Shown here piece by piece: positions 46,186-64,000 of a DNA stretch of 64,000 nt. The notes beneath the pieces were generated by a model, which saw only the letters and a program-made list of their open reading frames with translations, was not told where the DNA came from and did not search any database. The stretch is from Macrostomum lignano (taxonomy: Eukaryota), in assembly GCA_002269645.1 (NCBI GenBank), contig NIVC01000059.1, forward strand, positions 186,001 to 250,000, in the 5' to 3' direction. A program made the translations under genes and the position numbers. Within the stretch, counting starts at the first letter, position 1, and every line of letters begins with the position of its first letter.

Positions 46186-46790
46186 ACCTTGTGAAGATTG
46201 GCTCCCCTAATGGCCCTTGTGAAGATTGGCTCGCCTAATGACCCTTGTGAAGATTGGCTCCCCTAATGACCCTTGTGAAGATTGGCTCCCCTAGTGACCC
46301 TTGTGAAGATTGGCTCCCCTAATGGCCCTTGTGAAGATTGGCTCCCCTAATGACCCTTGCGAAGATTGGCTCCCCTAATGACCCTTGTGAAGATTGGCCC
46401 CCTAATGACCCTTGTGAAGATTGGCTCCCCTAACGACCCTTGTGAAGATTGGCTCCCCTAATGGCCCTTGTGAAGATTGGCTCCCCTAATGGCCCTTGTG
46501 AAGATTGGCTCCCCTAATGACCCTCGTGAAGATTGGCTCCCCTAATGACCCTTGTGAAGATTGGCTCCCCTAATTATCCTTGTGAAGATTGGCTCCCCTA
46601 ATGGCTCTTGTGAAGATTGGCTCCCCTAATGATCCTTGTGAAGATTGGCTCCCCTAATGGCCCTTGTGAAGATTGGCTCCCCTAATGACCCTTGTGAAGA
46701 TTGGCTCCCCTAATGACCCTTGTGAAGATTGGCTCGCCTAATGACCCTTGTGAAGATTGTCTCCCCTAATGACCCTTGTGAAGATTGTAT
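46186..46790. repeat. 28-bp satellite CTAATGACCCTTGTGAAGATTGGCTCCC
   Basis: Period of 28 measured; abuts the 27-bp array. Confidence 0.96.
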
Positions 46791-47196
46791 ACATACTACA
46801 TTGGTACACAATAGGCTTATAGTCTTATTTTCTCGAGTGCTAATAATTGCCATGCATTAAACATTATTTCGCTCAGTTGTTATTTTTTGTCTAAAAATTT
46901 ATCATCGCGTGCTCTTATGTAACTAGTCGTCATCATTTATTGATTGTCCAAGTTGGTAATTAATTGATAATGGAAACAATTGAAATCAGCATTTTTTAAT
47001 GAATTTGTTAGTCTGCATACTGTGCCGCCGAAATACACGCGGCTAAACCCTGACCGATTTGCGATTGGCAGCGATTTTCTGTGTTACTTATTATTTTGTT
47101 TTCTCTTAGCAGCTACTTATAATAGTAGAAATAATGTGTTTTGATGCTCAATTACATATAACATATAAATACTATTTTAATGCATGAACAATTGAC

Positions 47197-54370
<7,174 letters not shown>

Positions 54371-56048
54371 TTTAATTGCTGTATTTCCAGCTCAGTCCGT
54401 CCATTTTTGGGCTAATTTTTATAAAAAATTTCAACGCGTTGCTTACGGTTGATTTTAGCGGTTGTTACATTGATATGACGTCACTCGAAGCTCTTCTATA
54501 TTTGCTGACCTCGGAGTGAGGTGGATGTCAAGAATAGTCACAGAGGGCTAAGAAGTCACGATTCTCCTGTTGGCTGAGCGATGGAGGTGGATGTCAAGAA
54601 TAGTCACAGAGGGGTAAGAAGTCACGATTCTCCTATTGGCTGGGGGATGGAGTGGGGTGGGTGTCAAGAATATTTATAAAGGGGTAAGACGTTACGACTC
54701 TCCCATTGGCTGTGAATAGATTGAGGTGGGTGTTAATTTTGTATATAATATCAGTTAAGTTTGCATCTTAAAGAGACATTATGTGGATGAGAACCATCTC
54801 AATTATTGTCCTTGTCCTACTGCCACTGCACACTATATATTATAATTTGTCTTATGTGTGTCTGTGCGTCCTGTCTAAATTTATTTAAACTTGTTTCTCT
54901 CGTACTTATTGGCTGTGCTGAAATAAATGTTTATATATTATTATCTCATATTGCGCATGACCTCCGTGCATTGTAGTTCACTATCCAGTGTACTTCTTTA
55001 TACCACAGAAGAATGTCAGGCGAGGCAACATCAAAAGCGAAGTCTTCGTTGCCAAACTTCAACTAAACGCCCGTCCGTGCACTTTAACTTTCTAGCGTAG
55101 GTTTTGTTAAAAAGATTTGTTGTTATTCGAATTTTTCACACTTTAGTAAATCATTGTTTTACCTGATTTCTTGCTTGTTTAATTTGCGAAATTTATCACT
55201 TTTATTGAACTTCTTTTGGTAGTTCTCTTGAATTTATTTTGATATTCTTTGTTTTACTGTGTTTAAAGAGTACTCGTATAGTGTTTGATGTTTGAATAAA
55301 ACAGTTAATCATACGTAAAGAGACGGCATGCATCTGCAGTTTTCAATGCTAAATTATATTAAAATGAGAATCTTACGAAGCGTTTATTGTTTATATTTTT
55401 TCCTTTTACGATTGAATTACCTTTTAACTGGCACTTTTGCTTCAAAAGGTAGAAACAACTGCAGAGTAATAATAATTAAATATAAAAAGCATTTGACCAT
55501 AAATTTGGGGGTTGTGCTTTTGACTGGGCGCAAAACGGGTCATGTAAGTTAGATTAGATAGCCAAATCAAGAGGTGACAAACTACACTAATGTTTGTCCA
55601 TAATAGCATTCTAATTTTAACAATGTCTACAGTTCGAATACTCTTGTTAGGTAGTGTATTAGCGTTCGTTCGATAAGTGCAAAAGAAGTTTTTTTTATTG
55701 AGAGTGGGACTTAATAAGCTTTTGTTTATAATATAAATATATAGATAACACGAATCGTTTAATTAACAAAGCAGTGAATGTTTAGTCAGTGTGTCATTTA
55801 CATACATGTATATATATATACTGCTAATCATCAAAGAATAGGATGTGAATCCCACCCGGAGCTACATATATTTAAAAAAGCAGTTAATTGATGGGCCACT
55901 CGCCTATATTTGATTTTTAAGCTACTTTTGATTGAGCTTTTGCATGGGTTTATTATTGGTCGGAATTTGTATCGTTTTATACAGTATACAATGTAGACTT
56001 AACTTTGGCTAGGCTATGTACATGTACACTGTTTCCACCATGGATCCT

Positions 56049-57365
56049 TTCTTTATTCGCTCATTTTTACTGACTTCTTAAACTCCCTTACGAAGTTACG
56101 CCCAGCTTAACCCCCCCTCCGGCCTAGGGATTGCAATCCCGGGATTACGGGATCCCGAAATCCCAAGACTAATTTTTGTGTTATTACCTTTACAAAAAGT
56201 GCTGTGATATGAACATAATTAGGCCCACAACTAGTTTATTATACTGCGCTAATTTCCGTTAATTGCCTCACGTCGCGTGGCAACTTTTTAAACCCGCATC
56301 ACAGATTTAAATGTGAGATTTATTTCAATGTAAATTTTGATATATGATTTGCTTCTTTAATACTTTTATACAACTTACTTCAATCTGTCACAAGATAATG
56401 CTGTTTTTAATCTACAAATATATCATTATCTCTATTACAATAAAAAATGGAAGCAAAAAACGTTTAGCGTAGCGCATATCTTGCCTTAAAATTTCAACCC
56501 AAAAGCTTAAAAATCTGTATTTTTCTGATCCCGAAATTGAATCCCGGGATTGGCCAAATTCCAGGATTAAATCCCAGGATCCTGGGATCGCAAAAAACCG
56601 GGATTTTGCAATCCCTACCCGGGCCGCGTCTTACACACGCGAATTCTTCTCTACCCTTGTCGCCCTTGTTCGACTTTATTGCCTCACCCAGCCATGTACA
56701 TTCTTGGTGCCGCCAGCTCAATGTACATTCTGTTGGCTCAGACTGATAGAACCAGTTGTTTACGCCTGCGTGCTTCCCCGAACCCATTTGAGTTGAATTA
56801 TTCTACTTCAAACTCAGTCTATTATTAAAAACTGTTATCTTCTCGATCTTCCTTTCCAATCAGACCTTGACTTTCTTTATTCGCTCATCATTTATTGACC
56901 ACTTCAACTTCCTACGCCCAGCTAAATCCCTACGACCGCCTCTTACACACGCGATTCTTTCTCTTACCCCAACCCCCTCTGTTCGGTTTTATTGCCATGT
57001 ACATTCGTGGCGCCAGCTCAATGTACATTCTGGTGGCTCAGACTGATAGAACCAGTTGTTTACGCCTGCGTGCTTCCCCGAACCCATTTGAGTTGAATTA
57101 TTCTACTTCAAACTCAGTCTATTATTAAAAACTGTTATCTTCTCGATCTTCCTTTCCAATCAGACCTTGACTTTCTTTATTCGCTCATCATTTATTGACC
57201 ACTTCAACTTCCTACGCCCAGCTAAATCCCTACGACCGCCTCTTACACACGCCAATTCTTTCTCTTACCCCAAACCCCTCTGTTCGGTTTTATTGCCATG
57301 TACATTCGTGGCGCCAGCTCAATGTACATTCTGATAAGCTAAGACCGATATAACCAGTTGTTTAC
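56049..57365. repeat. Tandem ~300-bp repeat, about 3 copies, the first interrupted by a MITE
   Basis: TCGCTCATCATTTATTGACC at 56881 and 57181 (period 300); a diverged copy starts near 56049. Confidence 0.85.
56125..56617. mobile_element. hAT-like MITE
   Basis: TIR TAGGGATTGCAA(AA)TCCCGG at both ends; GGGAT/ATCCC subterminal motifs; imperfect 8-bp flanks CTCCGGCC / CCCGGGCC. Confidence 0.7.
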
Positions 57366-57988
57366 GCTCTGGTACTGGCTGGTGTTCATTTTGCTCTGCT
57401 ATATTTTAGGTTGAATCAAGCTACAAGCTATAGTTTACTTTACCAGTAGCTCGACCACAAATTTGTGGAGGGTAAAAGACCCAAGGGGGGTGGAAAATTC
57501 GTTTGGTCCCCTTTTGATTTTTTCTGCTCTCCACCTAAAAGGGGGGGGGCGACCAAACTCAAAAGTATGCCTTGATTTTTTTCCAAAAAATCTGCTATTT
57601 AGCTTCCTGAGCAAAAAAACTATTATAAGTTATATTGCCGAAATTTTTTGACTAAGTTCACTTTACAAAAAATGTAGCGAGCGGCCCCATTCAGTGTCTA
57701 ATGATGGGAGCCCGAGAATTTCACGGGAGAGAATTTTCCGTTGAGATTCTTTGCCCTCTAGTTGCAACGCATTCTCCCTGTGGGAGATTTTTCTGTCTGA
57801 ATATCTTCTAAACATGCAAACTTAGCCATTCACTCACTGACAAATAGCTCTAATTGCAGCCAGATCCAAGCTGCAGTCATAGTGGGAGCTTACTGTCGGC
57901 GTCTCTGCTGGTAGCGCCCCAACTATAGCTGGCGCCCCTGGAATTCCGCAGGAATTCCCATGGAATTCCCATGAACCCTATTCTAACA

Positions 57989-62557
<4,569 letters not shown>

Positions 62558-62875
62558 CCTAGTGACCTGGTGCAACGAGCAGTGACTGAGCGAGAGCTGA
62601 GAGAGACTGAATAAACCCAGCTCGCTTTTTTAGTTCAGGGCCTTGCTCTAGCTTCCCCCCCCCCCAAGGGAGGGAGGCGGTAGGTGGACGAAAGCTCATC
62701 TTTCTCAAATCCAGTCCAAGGCCAATCAAAGCCTCGAAAATTCGAGGCTGACGGAGAGGGAGAGAGCGAGAGTTGGAAGGCCGGGACAGGGACTTATCGA
62801 ACAGATTAATCAAGAAGAGACAGACGGACAGGCGAGGGAGATGCGGGCGGACAGGGCGGGATGGGAGAATTGGCC

Positions 62876-62890
62876 GTTGCTAGGGGCAAC
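62876..62890 (-). promoter_or_regulatory. RFX X-box upstream of WDR17
   Basis: Minus strand GTTGCC-CCT-AGCAAC fits GTNRCC-N0-3-RGYAAC exactly, in GC-rich promoter-like sequence. Confidence 0.6.
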
Positions 62891-63060
62891 GCAGGCTTTT
62901 AGAGATAGGGAATACCCGAGAACTGTGGAGCTAGGACCCGAGAGTAAGTTTTGGAGGAAGGGTTGATTCGAATTGAGCAAACTCAATTAGTCCTCTCGAA
63001 TGACCGAATGTTTATCTGATTTTCAACTCCGACCGGGTTGCAACCGCACGCTTGTTGCTT

Positions 63061-63074
63061 GTCGCCATAGCGAC
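63061..63074 (+). promoter_or_regulatory. Second X-box-like motif GTCGCCATAGCGAC
   Basis: Near-palindromic, one mismatch to the X-box consensus. Confidence 0.45.
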
Positions 63075-63361
63075 GGCAGTTTCTACCCAAACCTGTCGCT
63101 CTCAACATGCAGGTTCCTGTTTGCAGCACTTGTATCCGGGACTAGTTCTATCGATCTTCATTCTGCCGTGGAATAAGTGGGCTTCAAATCTTGTTCAGAT
63201 CCTGCACTGCCACTCTCTCAGTCCTCTCATCCTGTTGCTCAATTTGCGTGCGAATAGCATCGAGGATAAAGGCTTAAGCCGCTGAATATGCTGCCTCAAT
63301 AGAGCTTTGAAATTTTTAATCCGTATATGAGCTCGAATGCATGTATTTCTCATTTCTTGTC

Positions 63362-63972
63362 TTCTCTCCTCTCCTCTCCTCTCCTCTCCTCTCCTCTCCT
63401 CTCCTCTCCTCTCCTCTCCTCTCCTCTCCTCTCCTCTCCTCTCCTCTCCTCTCCTCTCCTCTCCTCTCCTCTCCTCTCCTCTCCTCTCCTCTCCTCTCCT
63501 CTCCTCTCCTCTCCTCTCCTCTCCTCTCCTCTCCTCTCCTCTCCTCTCCTCTCCTCTCCTCTCCTCTCCTCTCCTCTCCTCTCCTCTCCTCTCCTCTCCT
63601 CTCCTCTCCTCTCCTCTCCTCTCCTCTCCTCTCCTCTCCTCCTCTCTCTCCTCTCCTCTTCTCTCCTCTCCTCTCCTCTCCTCTCCTCTCCTCTCCTCTC
63701 CTCTCCTCTCCTCTCCTCTCCACTCCTCTCCTCTCCTCTCCTCTTTCCTCTCCTCTCCTCTCCTCTCCTCTCCTCTCCTCTCCTCTCCTCTCCTCTCCTC
63801 TCCTCTCCTCTCCTCTCCTCTCCTCTCCTCTCCTCTCCTCTCTCTCCTCTCCTCTCCTCTCCTCTCCTCTCCTCTCCTCTCCTCTTCTTTCCTCTCCTCT
63901 CCTCTCCTCTCCTCTCCTCTCCTCTTCTCTCCTCTCCTCTCCTCTCCTCTCCTTTCCTCTCCTCTCCTCTCC
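63362..63972. repeat. (CTCCT)n microsatellite
   Basis: Direct pentamer repeats. Confidence 0.98.
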
Positions 63973-64000
63973 TATTGGATAGAATGCTAATTTTTTGTCT

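Noticed and set aside
43020-46238. 1072-aa ORF (LVPFMTLC repeats)
   Set aside because: Translation of a 27-bp satellite that lacks stops in one frame; no unique sequence or domain.
46960-46980. X-box for DZANK1 (GATAATGGAAAC)
   Set aside because: Only the 3' half-site fits the consensus.
63150-63285. LRR-like peptide LLNLRANSIEDKGL
   Set aside because: Single short motif, immediate stop, no splice support or further repeats in the window.

Overview
Repeat-rich animal genomic DNA with GT-AG introns, GC-rich exons, AT-rich or minisatellite-filled introns and a TTAGGG tract. The style suggests a free-living flatworm such as Macrostomum (inference only). Genes from left to right: first coding exon of a GIPC-family gene (-); three tandem intronless Cys-loop ligand-gated ion channel genes plus a 5'-truncated fourth copy (all -); a TRIM2/3-like coiled-coil/filamin/NHL gene that seems to lack RING and B-box (-); a divergent parkin (PRKN) homolog (+); DZANK1 (+, 10 coding exons); and WDR17 (-, nearly intronless). 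Mobile elements: a Jockey-like LINE with an open 926-aa ORF2, a truncated LTR retrotransposon (LTR plus tRNA-Leu PBS), two head-to-tail non-autonomous Helitrons, several MITEs, tRNA-derived SINEs and about 20 tandem-repeat arrays. The best candidate for an undescribed system is the intronless channel array. Its pore is conserved, with a 60-nt tract identical between two copies, while its ligand-binding domain has diverged and lost the acetylcholine aromatic box, consistent with a chemoreceptor-like ion-channel family. Other leads are a parkin lacking its phospho-Ubl pocket and REP tryptophan, and tandem Helitrons carrying minisatellites. No homology searches were run: gene names and residue numbers come from recalled sequence motifs, and exon boundaries were inferred by eye.
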